From IMG/VR virus record IMGVR_UViG_3300036929_000011, positions 1-64,000 of that record: a stretch of 64,000 nucleotides of DNA. One strand, 5' to 3'. Each line of letters begins with the position of its first letter. Within the stretch, counting starts at the first letter, position 1. Of this stretch, positions 50,737-60,078 are shown piece by piece. The stretch is from a virus (Duplodnaviria; Caudoviricetes). The translations under genes and the position numbers were made by a program. The notes under the pieces are model-generated. The model was not told the DNA's origin, did no database searches, and was given only the letters and a program-made list of their open reading frames with translations.

Positions 50737-52445
50737 CAGGCACCCAATGCATTTGTTGTGGCGCCGCGGGGGGCGTTGACCATGTGGTCGATCTCATTCA
50801 CGGCCTTGTGGAAGACGCGGTCCGGGTCGGCCTCCTTGAATTCCTGGGTTAGCGAGACGTGGTTGATGTACGTGTTGTGCTCGTTCTTCGGGATATGTGG
50901 CGAGGGTCCTTTGCCCAACTCTGGGTTCGCGGCAAGCAGCTGGGCGGCGAAGTTGTTGAGCAGGGTCGACACCCGCCCCGCGGCCTCGTCAAGCACGCCG
51001 GGGGCCTGCACGCTCTTGGCCGACATGCCGGCGATGCCGTACATTCCGAGCTGCTTGGCGGCAATCCCGGGCTCCATCGCCTTGAGTTCGGCCGCCAGTG
51101 TTTCACGGGAAAGCATCTGGCCAGGCTTGAGCCCGTAGGCCGCGAACGCGGTCTGGAGATGGCCCATCGTCTTCGAAACAGAGTCCTCGTGGAGCGCCGA
51201 TGACATGGCCTTTGCGCCGGCCGTGAGGGCCGTCATGGCGCGCGGAGCTGCCGCCTGCTTGGTCAGTCCTTCCGACTGCGTTTTGTCGATATACGCGGCC
51301 AGGCCTTGAAGACCAACGTATAGCACTCCCAGAGCGCCGCTCGCGATTCCGAGCTGACCCGCAAAATGAGAAAGACCTCCGGTAGCAGCACCGGCCGCCG
51401 GGCCCAGTGCCCCGAGCATCGAGGTCAATCCGCCAGCGGCCCCACCAGGGGACATGGTCCAGCTCGCCAGCTTGAATGAGCCCCAGATGGCGGCGATCTC
51501 TTTCCAGTGATCGAGCAGGAATGATGTCACGTCCTTCATCGTTCGGAACGCGCTGACCAGCTTCTCGCCGTACTCGGCCGCGATGCTCTTGCCGTTCTCA
51601 CGCACGCTGGTGATGTTCTTCGCCCACTCCCGCAGGCTCTTGCTCTGCTCCTGGAACAAAGGCCCAGTTAGGTCGCGCACGATGTTATCGACGGCGATCT
51701 TGATGTCCGCCATCGCCCCAGCCATGCCACCGCCCATCCCAACCGCCGCCGGTACGAGATCGCCCATCGCCTTTTGAATCTTGGCGAAGCGCTGGGTCTC
51801 CGACATCTTGTGGAACTCTTTCATGTTCCCGACGGAGAAGCGCAGCTGCTTGTTGAAGTCGTCGAAGCCGCGAATGTTGCCGGTCATCACGGCCCGGCTG
51901 ATCGATGTCGCCGCCATCTCTGCGCTGGTGCCCAGCACCGTCTCGCTGGCGGCGAGCTTCTCGGTCAGATCAAGCATCTGCTCTTGTGTCAGGTTGTGCC
52001 GGGTGCCGATCGCGTAGGCCGACTTGTAGACGTTGGCCAGCTCGCCGCGGGTCTTGTGGAGCTTTCCCTCAGACGCCTCCAGCTTGTCGACGATCTCCTT
52101 GCCCTCGGCCAGGGAGTACGTCCACCGCTCGGCCGCCGAGACGTCGCTACGCCAGCCGCCGAAGGCGAAGTGGACACCGGCGATCTTTTTCGCCGCCCCT
52201 TCGAGCTCAAGGTTGGCTTCCTTGGCCTTACCGGCGATCTCGTGAAACCCGAACCCGAGCCCTACGGCACCGAGTGCCCCCATGGCCGTGCTGTGCGCGA
52301 ACTCCTTGACCTTCGACGTGGCCTTCTCGGTCGCGTGGTGCACGCGCTCGAAGGCGCTGGCCATCTTCTCAGCGACAGGGCTGGCCTTGTCGGTTGCTGT
52401 AAAGGCAATTCCTTCAACCGCTGTCGTTCGCTCAGCTTCGCTCAT
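50736..52445 (-). CDS. Tape measure protein, 569 aa
   Basis: Ala/Gly-rich helical; F.A.DKASP N-terminus; follows the chaperones. Confidence 0.8.
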   Translation of the reverse strand: MSEAERTTAVEGIAFTATDKASPVAEKMASAFERVHHATEKATSKVKEFAHSTAMGALGAVGLGFGFHEIAGKAKEANLELEGAAKKIAGVHFAFGGWRSDVSAAERWTYSLAEGKEIVDKLEASEGKLHKTRGELANVYKSAYAIGTRHNLTQEQMLDLTEKLAASETVLGTSAEMAATSISRAVMTGNIRGFDDFNKQLRFSVGNMKEFHKMSETQRFAKIQKAMGDLVPAAVGMGGGMAGAMADIKIAVDNIVRDLTGPLFQEQSKSLREWAKNITSVRENGKSIAAEYGEKLVSAFRTMKDVTSFLLDHWKEIAAIWGSFKLASWTMSPGGAAGGLTSMLGALGPAAGAATGGLSHFAGQLGIASGALGVLYVGLQGLAAYIDKTQSEGLTKQAAAPRAMTALTAGAKAMSSALHEDSVSKTMGHLQTAFAAYGLKPGQMLSRETLAAELKAMEPGIAAKQLGMYGIAGMSAKSVQAPGVLDEAAGRVSTLLNNFAAQLLAANPELGKGPSPHIPKNEHNTYINHVSLTQEFKEADPDRVFHKAVNEIDHMVNAPRGATTNALGA

Positions 52446-52448
52446 GGT

Positions 52449-53056
52449 TCACGTCGGGGGTTGGCTTGGGGTGTTTTCCTTCTCGACTATCCGCGAAATG
52501 GCCTCGCGAAAGGCCCCCAGCTCTTCTCTCGTGAGGCGAAGTATTTCAGAAAGTGGTTGGTGTCCGTACCTGGCGATATAGGCGATGTCGTCCCATTGGG
52601 CACGTTCGAGACGGGCTAGGACGTCGTCTCGACCGTTTCGCTGGCTAAAAAATCCGCAGCTTGGGACCTCCTGGGAATGGAGATGCTCTGGAAGCCCTGC
52701 ACGACCAGGTCTCGCACCTGCGCCGAGAGACCGCGGAAGAACTGCTCCTTCTGGTCGTTTTCCCAGGTGATGGGCTTGCCGTCGGCGGCTACGACCGCAC
52801 GCATGGCGCCCTCATAGCTGAAGTCCACGTTCTTCAGACGGCTGGCCGCAAGCGCCGCCTGCTCTTCCTCGAAGGTGAGCTGACGCAACGTCACCGAGGT
52901 CGGATCTGTCTCCAACTCACGCACGCCCTTGTCAATCAGGGTCTTCTTGCCATCCTTGTCGGTCGCGTATTTGGGTCCAGGAATTTGGAACGTGTGACGG
53001 GGCAAGCGCGCCGTGAGGGCGCTCGCCATCGATTGCAGGTTCGGTGTCTCGGCCAT
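52449..53056 (-). CDS. Tail assembly chaperone GT (-1 frameshift product, ~202 aa)
   Basis: Slippery T TTT TTA at 52652-52646; the -1 frame is open to TGA 52449 and encodes WDDIAYIARYGHQPLSEILRLTREEL. Confidence 0.75.
52616..53056 (-). CDS. Tail assembly chaperone G
   Basis: Between tube and tape measure; GGAGG SD. Confidence 0.8.
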   Translation of the reverse strand: MAETPNLQSMASALTARLPRHTFQIPGPKYATDKDGKKTLIDKGVRELETDPTSVTLRQLTFEEEQAALAASRLKNVDFSYEGAMRAVVAADGKPITWENDQKEQFFRGLSAQVRDLVVQGFQSISIPRRSQAADFLASETVETTS

Positions 53057-53065
53057 GTGGTCCTC

Positions 53066-53506
53066 CTAGAACAAGGGAATGTAGCGGTCGGACTTCGCCG
53101 CGAACGTCATGCCGACGAAGGCCTCGCGGCTGCTGATGTCCACGTTTCCGATGTCACTGAACTTCAGATCGGGAATGCTGATCTTGAAGATCGCCCCCGA
53201 TGGGAAGGCCAGCCGGAACGCCAGGTTGAGCTGGATCGTCGACTGCCCGGTGCGGGCGCGATTGTAGAGCGCGAGCTGCATCTGGAAGATCTGCGTCCCC
53301 TCGGGCTCGACCGTGAAACCCGTGTCGATCTCGTCGAAGATCTCCCGGTGTCGTTTGGCGGCCTCGCCTAGGAACCCCTCCGATAGCAACGTCACGACCG
53401 GCTTGAAGCTCGCGACCTTGATGGCCGTCGTCTCGTTCAGCAAGACGCCGTTCTGGGTCATCCGCAGCGTCGTGTCTCGGCCAAGAATCCGGAAATCATT
53501 TGCCAT
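53066..53506 (-). CDS. Tail tube protein
   Basis: 146 aa, directly after the sheath. Confidence 0.75.
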   Translation of the reverse strand: MANDFRILGRDTTLRMTQNGVLLNETTAIKVASFKPVVTLLSEGFLGEAAKRHREIFDEIDTGFTVEPEGTQIFQMQLALYNRARTGQSTIQLNLAFRLAFPSGAIFKISIPDLKFSDIGNVDISSREAFVGMTFAAKSDRYIPLF

Positions 53507-53518
53507 GGTGAAGCTCCT

Positions 53519-55339
53519 TTACGCGGCCTGGGAGATGATGACGTTCGGGCCGATCATGCTGTTGATGACGATGGTCTTCTGCGATCCGTACATCTGGACT
53601 TCGAGCTGGTAGAGGAACACACCTTTCCCGTTGAGGGTCGGGGTGTTGCCGGCGTCGGCGCCGTCCTTCACCAGGTAGGCCAGCGCCCGCGATTCCCCGA
53701 TGCCGGGATTGACGAGGTTCTCCAGGTAGATCCGCATATCGCCCGCGAAGGCGTCCTGACGCTCCTGGGTGCCAGGCAGCTTCGAGTACTTCGTCGCGAG
53801 CGCGAAAACGACGTCCTGGATCTCGTCGGCGAAGCTACGACGGTTGTCGTCGACGCGGCTCTGGTTCGTGAGCGGGTTCGCCCCGGTCACGCCCGAGTAG
53901 AACCACCACCCCGCCGATCGATCTTTGGTGAACCACGCCACTCCGGCGGCCTTCATCGCTACATAGTCCGCCTCCTGTAGCGGATTCGCAGCGAAGCACG
54001 GCTCCTGGGCGTCGACGGCTTGAATATCGGCGTTGAACGGGTTGCCGACCGAGGACAGGTACTGGCTGCGGCCATCGTTGGCCAAGTTGACGACCATGGC
54101 CGCACGAGAACCGCACGAGCTGATCAGGATGTCGGCGTTCAGCTCGGTCGAGAAGACCTGAATGAACGGGCCATCTGCCCAGTAGCGGTCGTCATCGTCA
54201 CCAGTCACGCCGTCGGCCGAAATAAGCCCGGTATAGACGCCCTTCGCCGTCACGGCCTGGGCTGCGCTGATCCCGAGGGCGGGCGCGGTCGTAACCATGG
54301 CCTTGCGACCACGGCCGACCTTGCTGGACTCGATCGCGTTGTTCCAGAGCTTCGCTCGCAGCATCTTGCCGCCGGTGCTGGGCGCCAGGCCGTTGGTCTG
54401 GTAGTTACGAGCCGACCAGATGGCCACGATGTCGTTCGTCGCGTCCACGCCCGGCAGGGTCTTGTCGATCGTCGCCAAGTACTGCATGAGCAGGCGGTTG
54501 GACAGCGTATCGGGACTCGGGGCCGCGCCGCCGCCAGCAGGCGCGAAGATCGCTGTGGCCGACGCAGCCGCGTTGATGGTCGAAGGCGTACCCGAGATGA
54601 CGGTTCCGGCGTTCACACCCGGGAGGGCGGTGTCGATCAGGGTATTGAGACCCGCGATGGCAAGCGTCGTGCCCTTGACGAAGAAAGCCGTAGCTCCGGT
54701 GGTCGCGCCCGAAGTGACGTAGGTCAACTGCCCGGTGGTCGCGTCCTGGACGAAGCTGATCGCCAAAGTGAACGAGCCCGCGCAGGTCGTGCCCTGGGGG
54801 ATCCGGATGGTCTGCGAAAGCGCCACGACGACCGTCGCAAGGCCGATCGTGTTGTCGGCGAAGCGCGTGCCGGCCGGGATGATGATGTCCTTGTTCGTCA
54901 CGCCGCTGGTGATGTCGGCTGCGTTCACCGTGACGGCAAAGGATACGAACGCCTTGGCGACGCTGCTGTTGTCCACCACCATATCGCAGTCGACGCGCTG
55001 AATAACCAGGCCCGAGAAGGTCTTGCCCTTCAGCTCGGCCCATCCATTGCCGTCGTAGGTGACGCCAGAACCGTCTTGCGCCGCAGTCGACGGGTCGACG
55101 CCACCCTGACTGATGAGTGGCATCTTGGTCGCATCGGGCATGAAGAGCGCGCTGGCATCGCCGGGGGTGTTGATGATGGTCGGAGCGAACGGCCCGGCCG
55201 GGAACTCTCCCACGAGACAGGCCCGCACGGTTCCCTGGCCAACCGGCTGATTCGGCCCCGAGTTGTCGACAACGACGATGCGTTCGAGCTCCAGCAGCTT
55301 CTGCAGACTCGGCATCAGGCTTGTGCGCAATAGAAACAT
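53519..55339 (-). CDS. Tail sheath protein
   Basis: VGEF..GPFAP N-terminus; C-terminal RRSFADEI..F...YLE.L; 606 aa. Confidence 0.85.
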   Translation of the reverse strand: MFLLRTSLMPSLQKLLELERIVVVDNSGPNQPVGQGTVRACLVGEFPAGPFAPTIINTPGDASALFMPDATKMPLISQGGVDPSTAAQDGSGVTYDGNGWAELKGKTFSGLVIQRVDCDMVVDNSSVAKAFVSFAVTVNAADITSGVTNKDIIIPAGTRFADNTIGLATVVVALSQTIRIPQGTTCAGSFTLAISFVQDATTGQLTYVTSGATTGATAFFVKGTTLAIAGLNTLIDTALPGVNAGTVISGTPSTINAAASATAIFAPAGGGAAPSPDTLSNRLLMQYLATIDKTLPGVDATNDIVAIWSARNYQTNGLAPSTGGKMLRAKLWNNAIESSKVGRGRKAMVTTAPALGISAAQAVTAKGVYTGLISADGVTGDDDDRYWADGPFIQVFSTELNADILISSCGSRAAMVVNLANDGRSQYLSSVGNPFNADIQAVDAQEPCFAANPLQEADYVAMKAAGVAWFTKDRSAGWWFYSGVTGANPLTNQSRVDDNRRSFADEIQDVVFALATKYSKLPGTQERQDAFAGDMRIYLENLVNPGIGESRALAYLVKDGADAGNTPTLNGKGVFLYQLEVQMYGSQKTIVINSMIGPNVIISQAA

Positions 55340-55348
55340 GGCTGTCTC

Positions 55349-56038
55349 CTATGGGGCGGTGAACGTGGACGTCGCGAACGGATTGCCGGCCGAATCGACC
55401 AGCTGTTTCGTCACTTGCAGGGCCATTGGCCACACGGGCACGACCTGCACCTTGGGGGCGCTGGCCGAAATCGTGAACGCCGCATCCCGTTTTTCTCTCA
55501 TGGCCGCGTCCTCATTATCTATCACGGCGCCTGCCAGCAGGGCAAACCTCCCGGTGATGCCGTAGTACTCGGGCAACGGAACCACGAGGCCGTACCTGGG
55601 TCCCGTCTGGTCCATCAGGTTGTCCACCGGCTGGAACAAGTCCTCGATCGCCTGCATGAGCTGCGAGCGCTCGCCAGACAGATTCGTGCGGATCACGAGC
55701 TGGAACTCAGTCTGAAGCTCGGCGGTCTTCTGCAGGCCCCAGCCCGGCATTCCCTTGGGCTCCCAGGTCTCCTCAAGAAGACGCGGGGTCATCTGGGAAT
55801 CGGCATACTTGAACTCGCCCGGTAGGACACAGGCCGCCGGGAAGACGCCGGTTTCGAGAAAATCCGGCCACTCGTCGTAGACGGCCGCAAAGTTCTGCGC
55901 CTGGCTGCCTGGAAACGTGAGTCCCTGAACGAGCCGCCCCAGCGCCACGGCAAGCGCGTTTCTGACGCCGATGCTCGCCTTGCGGCTGAACTGCGCCAGC
56001 GGCATCTGGGCGGGCAGGGAATTGAAGTTGATGGTCAC
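55349..56038 (-). CDS. Tail terminator-like protein
   Basis: Position; FPAACVLP, FQLVIRT..ERSQL..IEDLF. Confidence 0.6.
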   Translation of the reverse strand: MTINFNSLPAQMPLAQFSRKASIGVRNALAVALGRLVQGLTFPGSQAQNFAAVYDEWPDFLETGVFPAACVLPGEFKYADSQMTPRLLEETWEPKGMPGWGLQKTAELQTEFQLVIRTNLSGERSQLMQAIEDLFQPVDNLMDQTGPRYGLVVPLPEYYGITGRFALLAGAVIDNEDAAMREKRDAAFTISASAPKVQVVPVWPMALQVTKQLVDSAGNPFATSTFTAP

Positions 56039-56625
56039 AATGCCACCCCCCGCACCAGCAGGCCCTCGACATCGTCAATCACCCTCCGGGTCAGCTCCGC
56101 CTTCATTCCGCCGATGACGTTCTTGGCGGGGAGTCCGCGGCGCTTGATGGCGCGTGCGATAAGGAAGGCAATGGCGCGCGCGCGATTGTCCTGCTGCCAG
56201 CGCGATCGAAAACGGAAGGCGCTCTTCTCGGTCCCATCAGCGCGCATCTTCCTCCGCGCGCGCCGCTCGTGTTTCGACATCGGAGCCCGGTCCATGCCGT
56301 GCAAGTGCACCCAACGGGCCAGCGCCTCCTGTCCTGCCCTGGAAACTCCAACGCCAGCCCGCCGGCCACGATCGATGATCGATGCCTGGATGGTCGGGTT
56401 GTAGAACAGCGCCCCGTCGGTGATGTCCTTTACCTTGCCGCTGCGCTTGTAGTCGCCGGTGTTGACCGGCTGGTACGGCTTGACGCCCGCAATAGCGGTC
56501 TGGAAGAGTACGGGCGCGTGCATGCGCACCGAAATTCGGATCTGCTGAACGATGCCCGTTTGGTAGCGCTGCACAATCTGCTTGGGCCACCTGACGAGGT
56601 CGGAAATCTGGACCGAAGAGGCCAT
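56035..56625 (-). CDS. Neck/tail completion protein (HK97 gp10-like)
   Basis: PVNTGDYKRS, GRRAG, IARAIKRRG. Confidence 0.65.
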   Translation of the reverse strand: MASSVQISDLVRWPKQIVQRYQTGIVQQIRISVRMHAPVLFQTAIAGVKPYQPVNTGDYKRSGKVKDITDGALFYNPTIQASIIDRGRRAGVGVSRAGQEALARWVHLHGMDRAPMSKHERRARRKMRADGTEKSAFRFRSRWQQDNRARAIAFLIARAIKRRGLPAKNVIGGMKAELTRRVIDDVEGLLVRGVAL

Positions 56626-57236
56626 CAGGCCTGCCTCCGGTCGAAGGTCTGGTTGCGGCTGCGATCCACCATCTGCTTATTGAGAGGCACCCGCCAGTGG
56701 CTCCCGCCGCGCATGAGCGTAGGGGCCGCCGCATGGACGTAGCGTCGGGGCGTCGTCCTGGGGAATCCGGGGCGGTTCTCCTGCACTTCCCAGAAGTACT
56801 CGCCGTTCCGCTTGCCCGTTCGGGTAATCGCCGGGTCGATCAGGTCTGGCGTCTTCCCGGTCAGATCGTCCTCGCTGTACTTCGCGCTGATGCGGTCGAC
56901 GACGATCCCGCCTTCCTCGACCCGACCGAAGGCGCTCAACACCTCGGTGGTCGCGCTCATGTCCCGAATTCGCGGGGTGGGCAGGATCTCCCGCCGACTG
57001 ATCTCCAGCGGGTTGCCCTCCCCGACCTTGTTGCCCGACCAGAGCACATGGACGATGAACACCCGGTATGGCCGCAGCCCCATCGCAGTTGCGATCTGCC
57101 GGATGTTGTCGATGGTCGGCGACAGCTCGCTCATAAAGCTTGCACGCACCTCATCGGGCCGCAACGGCCGCACCGACCCCGCGAGCTCGGGAAGCTCGGC
57201 CGCGGGGTCGTTCTGTTGTGTGCGGTCGCCGGCCAT
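56625..57236 (-). CDS. Head-closure/stopper-like protein
   Basis: Position between adaptor and neck genes. Confidence 0.55.
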   Translation of the reverse strand: MAGDRTQQNDPAAELPELAGSVRPLRPDEVRASFMSELSPTIDNIRQIATAMGLRPYRVFIVHVLWSGNKVGEGNPLEISRREILPTPRIRDMSATTEVLSAFGRVEEGGIVVDRISAKYSEDDLTGKTPDLIDPAITRTGKRNGEYFWEVQENRPGFPRTTPRRYVHAAAPTLMRGGSHWRVPLNKQMVDRSRNQTFDRRQA

Positions 57237-57250
57237 TTGAGGCCTCGCGA

Positions 57251-57478
57251 TCAGGTCAGGACGCCGAGGGCGTCAACCCAGTCCGTGCCCGTGCTGAAAT
57301 TCCAGGCCAGGTCGTCGGTATTCCAAATACCGGTTCCTGGGAGAAACGTCGAGGCATCCGGGCGGGTGGCGTCGGTGCAGACCTGGCGCGACTGGACCGC
57401 GGGCATGCCAACGGTCTCGGTCTGGCGGAAGGCTCCGTTGCCCAGGTCTTCGGTCAAGATGTTCTTCGATTCGGCCAT
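57251..57478 (-). CDS. Small virion protein
   Basis: AGGAG SD; GTGIWNTD..WNFSTGTDWVDALG. Confidence 0.65.
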   Translation of the reverse strand: MAESKNILTEDLGNGAFRQTETVGMPAVQSRQVCTDATRPDASTFLPGTGIWNTDDLAWNFSTGTDWVDALGVLT

Positions 57479-57516
57479 GATGACTTCTCCTTGTCGGGGC
57501 GAAAAAGGAACCCGCG

Positions 57517-58368
57517 CTAGGCGAGCGTGTGGTTGTGTGCCGGCGACGTCGGGGTCACCGTGAAGTTGTACCAGAACGCGAATGAGTGCGCGCCGTCCGC
57601 CGGGGTCGTCGGGGCGATGGTCATGGCCGTGGCGTCGACGGTTCCCACCGTCTCGTCGAGACCGTTGACCTGCTCCTTGTAGACCGCGAAAGCCGTGGCG
57701 GCCGGGCTCTTGTTTGTCGGGACGCCGAGAGCGGTCCCGAGGCCAATCGAGACGGATCCGGCAAATCCGCTGCCACCAGAGATGGTCGCACTGGTCAGGG
57801 TGGCATATGCCTTGTCCGTGACGACGGTGCGTGTGCCAGCCCCAACCGCGATATCGATTGCCTGCGTGGCGGCGTTGCCGTTCTGGTCGACGCCGACTAG
57901 GGTCAGGGTGCCGGCGGTGGATCCGGTGATGATGCGGACCTGGAGCTTGCGGGCCACATCGGGCTGCAAAAGGATGGTCAGCGCCACGTTGGACGGAAGA
58001 ACCGTGTTCACGACGCTGATCAGCTCGGCCAGCTTGGTGGTGGTCGGGAACTCGACCTTCCGCGCCTGCACGAGCGCGCTGACGGTCGTGGTGGTGTTCT
58101 GCACCGTCACGCCGTTGACGTTGGCGCCGACCGTGAGGGTGCCCACGGCGAACTCCGGGATGCCGTTGCTCCAGAAGTAGGCCAGGGTCCCGGCGCGCTG
58201 GGTTTCGAGCGCGGTGTAGTCGCCGGCCACGAGCCCCTTCAACTCGCTGCTGACGTTGACCGCAGGCCCGTAGGTCAGGGAGCCGACCTTGGCGGGAGCG
58301 GTAATAGAGCGGGAGCCCTTTGCGAGCACGACGTCGGTGCCGGTGAGATTTGTAACGATTAGAGACAT
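57517..58368 (-). CDS. Virion structural protein, 283 aa
   Basis: True start MSLIVTN with GAAGGA SD; the track start lies inside the HNH gene. Confidence 0.7.
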   Translation of the reverse strand: MSLIVTNLTGTDVVLAKGSRSITAPAKVGSLTYGPAVNVSSELKGLVAGDYTALETQRAGTLAYFWSNGIPEFAVGTLTVGANVNGVTVQNTTTTVSALVQARKVEFPTTTKLAELISVVNTVLPSNVALTILLQPDVARKLQVRIITGSTAGTLTLVGVDQNGNAATQAIDIAVGAGTRTVVTDKAYATLTSATISGGSGFAGSVSIGLGTALGVPTNKSPAATAFAVYKEQVNGLDETVGTVDATAMTIAPTTPADGAHSFAFWYNFTVTPTSPAHNHTLA

Positions 58369-58378
58369 TTGTGATCCT

Positions 58379-59038
58379 TCAGTTGAGAGGTTTATTGAGC
58401 GCTCTCCATTCCTCTGGAGTTCGCGCGTTTTTACTTCGGTTGCATGTACCGCAGGCTGGAACAATGTTCTCAGCGGTAGTTCCTCCACCCCTGGAAACTG
58501 GTATGACGTGATCTTGTTCCATCTTTCCACTGGTTCCGCAGTAGGCACAGCGCCCCTGATACAGTTCGAGGATCGCCGCCCACTGTTGCACCGTTAGGGT
58601 GGCAAGGGAATTGGCCAATCTAGCCCTTCTCCGATTCCCTACTGTACGGACAATTTCACGTACCTTTTCCGGATTTGCCGCCCGCCATCGCGCATTGCTT
58701 GCCTTTACTTGTTCACGGTTCTGCTGATAGTAGAAGCGTTGCTGGGCAAGAATGATTTGCTTACGTTTCTGATATGACGCTCGGGCCTTCTCACGACATT
58801 CATCTATGCGCTCCTCTCTTTGTTTTTTGGCCCTCTGACATCGTTCTTTCAGATGTGCCCTGGACCATTCGAGAGATCGCTTTTTGTTCAGCTCTACGTA
58901 TTCAGCCGACTCGCGACGTTTTTTCTCCTTGATCTGCATGCATTCCGCACAGTACGCGCTGAGTCCGTCACGCCGAGACGCGTGCCGACGAAATCCCTCC
59001 TTCGGCTTATCTCGCTTGCATGATGGACAGTGCTTCAT
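58379..59038 (-). CDS. Free-standing HNH endonuclease with N-terminal Zn finger
   Basis: CPSC..DGL..YCAEC; CAYCG..DHVIPVSRGG..NIVPAC..CN.SK; lower GC than flanks. Confidence 0.9.
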   Translation of the reverse strand: MKHCPSCKRDKPKEGFRRHASRRDGLSAYCAECMQIKEKKRRESAEYVELNKKRSLEWSRAHLKERCQRAKKQREERIDECREKARASYQKRKQIILAQQRFYYQQNREQVKASNARWRAANPEKVREIVRTVGNRRRARLANSLATLTVQQWAAILELYQGRCAYCGTSGKMEQDHVIPVSRGGGTTAENIVPACGTCNRSKNARTPEEWRALNKPLN

Positions 59039-59044
59039 GGCTCC

Positions 59045-59464
59045 TCAGTTGGCGACAGGAATGTTCAGCGGCGGTCTGCCGCCCGATTGGAAAGCGGAAG
59101 CGTAAGCGTTGATGGGCGCCCCCAGGTTGTCGTAGAGCTTCTGCACCCAGTAGCGGTATTCCCCGCGAAGCTGGTCGGCCTCGTCGGGGTTCAGATCGAT
59201 CTCATCGACTGACCTGGCCACCATGCGGGTCTGGGCCAGCATGATGTTGTTCTCGGTGATGTCGCACTTTGCGACCAGGTTCCGGATGATGGCGATGGCC
59301 GTGTCTGGAATGTGCTCCATCGCCTGCTCGACCAGGAAGGCCGGCTGGGTAGCGGCCGGGATACCCAGAATGATCGCGCTCGCTGGAGTTACCTGCAAAT
59401 ATCCGCCATGATAGCGGATTCTCGCCTTCTCCTCTTCTGTGAGAACTGCGAGCGCCATCGTCAC
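59045..59464 (-). CDS. Head-tail adaptor-like protein
   Basis: LTEEEKARIRYHGGY; after the MCP cluster. Confidence 0.6.
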   Translation of the reverse strand: MTMALAVLTEEEKARIRYHGGYLQVTPASAIILGIPAATQPAFLVEQAMEHIPDTAIAIIRNLVAKCDITENNIMLAQTRMVARSVDEIDLNPDEADQLRGEYRYWVQKLYDNLGAPINAYASAFQSGGRPPLNIPVAN

Positions 59465-59475
59465 CTAGGTCGCGC

Positions 59476-59715
59476 TCAGGCGACCTCCTCAAGCTGCACG
59501 CCCTGCGAGATCAGGGCCTTGATGTCGTACCCGTGACTGGAGATCGTCTTGCCCTTGGTCAGCGTGTAGCAGCTTCCACCGCGCGCAATCTGAGCCTCTT
59601 CCTTCACTCGGAAGCGCTTCTCTCCCGTGCCAGTGCGCATTGACTGCTGCACGGACGGCTGGGTCTCTTCGCTGCGGTTCTGCTGATTGTTGTTCTGCTG
59701 GTTCGGGTTCGCCAT
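59476..59715 (-). CDS. Small head-associated protein
   Basis: AAGGAG SD; Q/N-rich N-terminus; typical gene after MCP. Confidence 0.65.
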   Translation of the reverse strand: MANPNQQNNNQQNRSEETQPSVQQSMRTGTGEKRFRVKEEAQIARGGSCYTLTKGKTISSHGYDIKALISQGVQLEEVA

Positions 59716-60078
59716 GACGTTCTCCTTGATTCCACGAGTGGAAAAGTAGACCAGACGGGAGTCAGAGTGGGTCAGGACGAACGACTGAAGTCGATGTCCT
59801 TACCATAGCGCTAACGCGGCTAGGAGCGTACACCACAAGACTACCCGTCTGGCGTCGCAGACATGAGCGGGTAGGGCCGAAGCCCGCCGTCAACGTGAGC
59901 GACAATGGCAGACCGAAGTCTGCCGCAAGGTCGGAACGAGTCCGACCAGTAATCGAAGGTCCGAAGACCAACGATTTCAGTCCAGCCGAAGCTGGACAGA
60001 ACCTTCGCGGGCACACCCCCGCCGTCGTATGGACGAACGGCGAGGATGATCGGCTCCGCATTGTGGACCTTTCGGCGA
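59716..60078 (-). ncRNA. Highly structured intergenic RNA candidate (363 nt)
   Basis: At least 9 hairpins, four cUUCGg loops, 13-bp long-range helix; no credible ORF. Confidence 0.6.

Noticed and set aside
44270-58548. ORF-track N-terminal extensions (e.g. 45706, 58548; also 37484, 24958, 16817, 13563)
   Set aside because: They overlap upstream genes out of frame; internal starts with SD or stop-start coupling are better supported.
59716-59780. tmRNA-like 3' end (ACTCCCGTCTGGTCTAC) in the post-capsid RNA
   Set aside because: No T-arm pairing (GGG partner absent), no CCA and no tRNA-like 5' end.
58379-60078. HEARO/IscB-type RNA-guided system linking the structured RNA and the HNH gene
   Set aside because: The HNH lacks RuvC/PLMP features and two structural genes separate it from the RNA.
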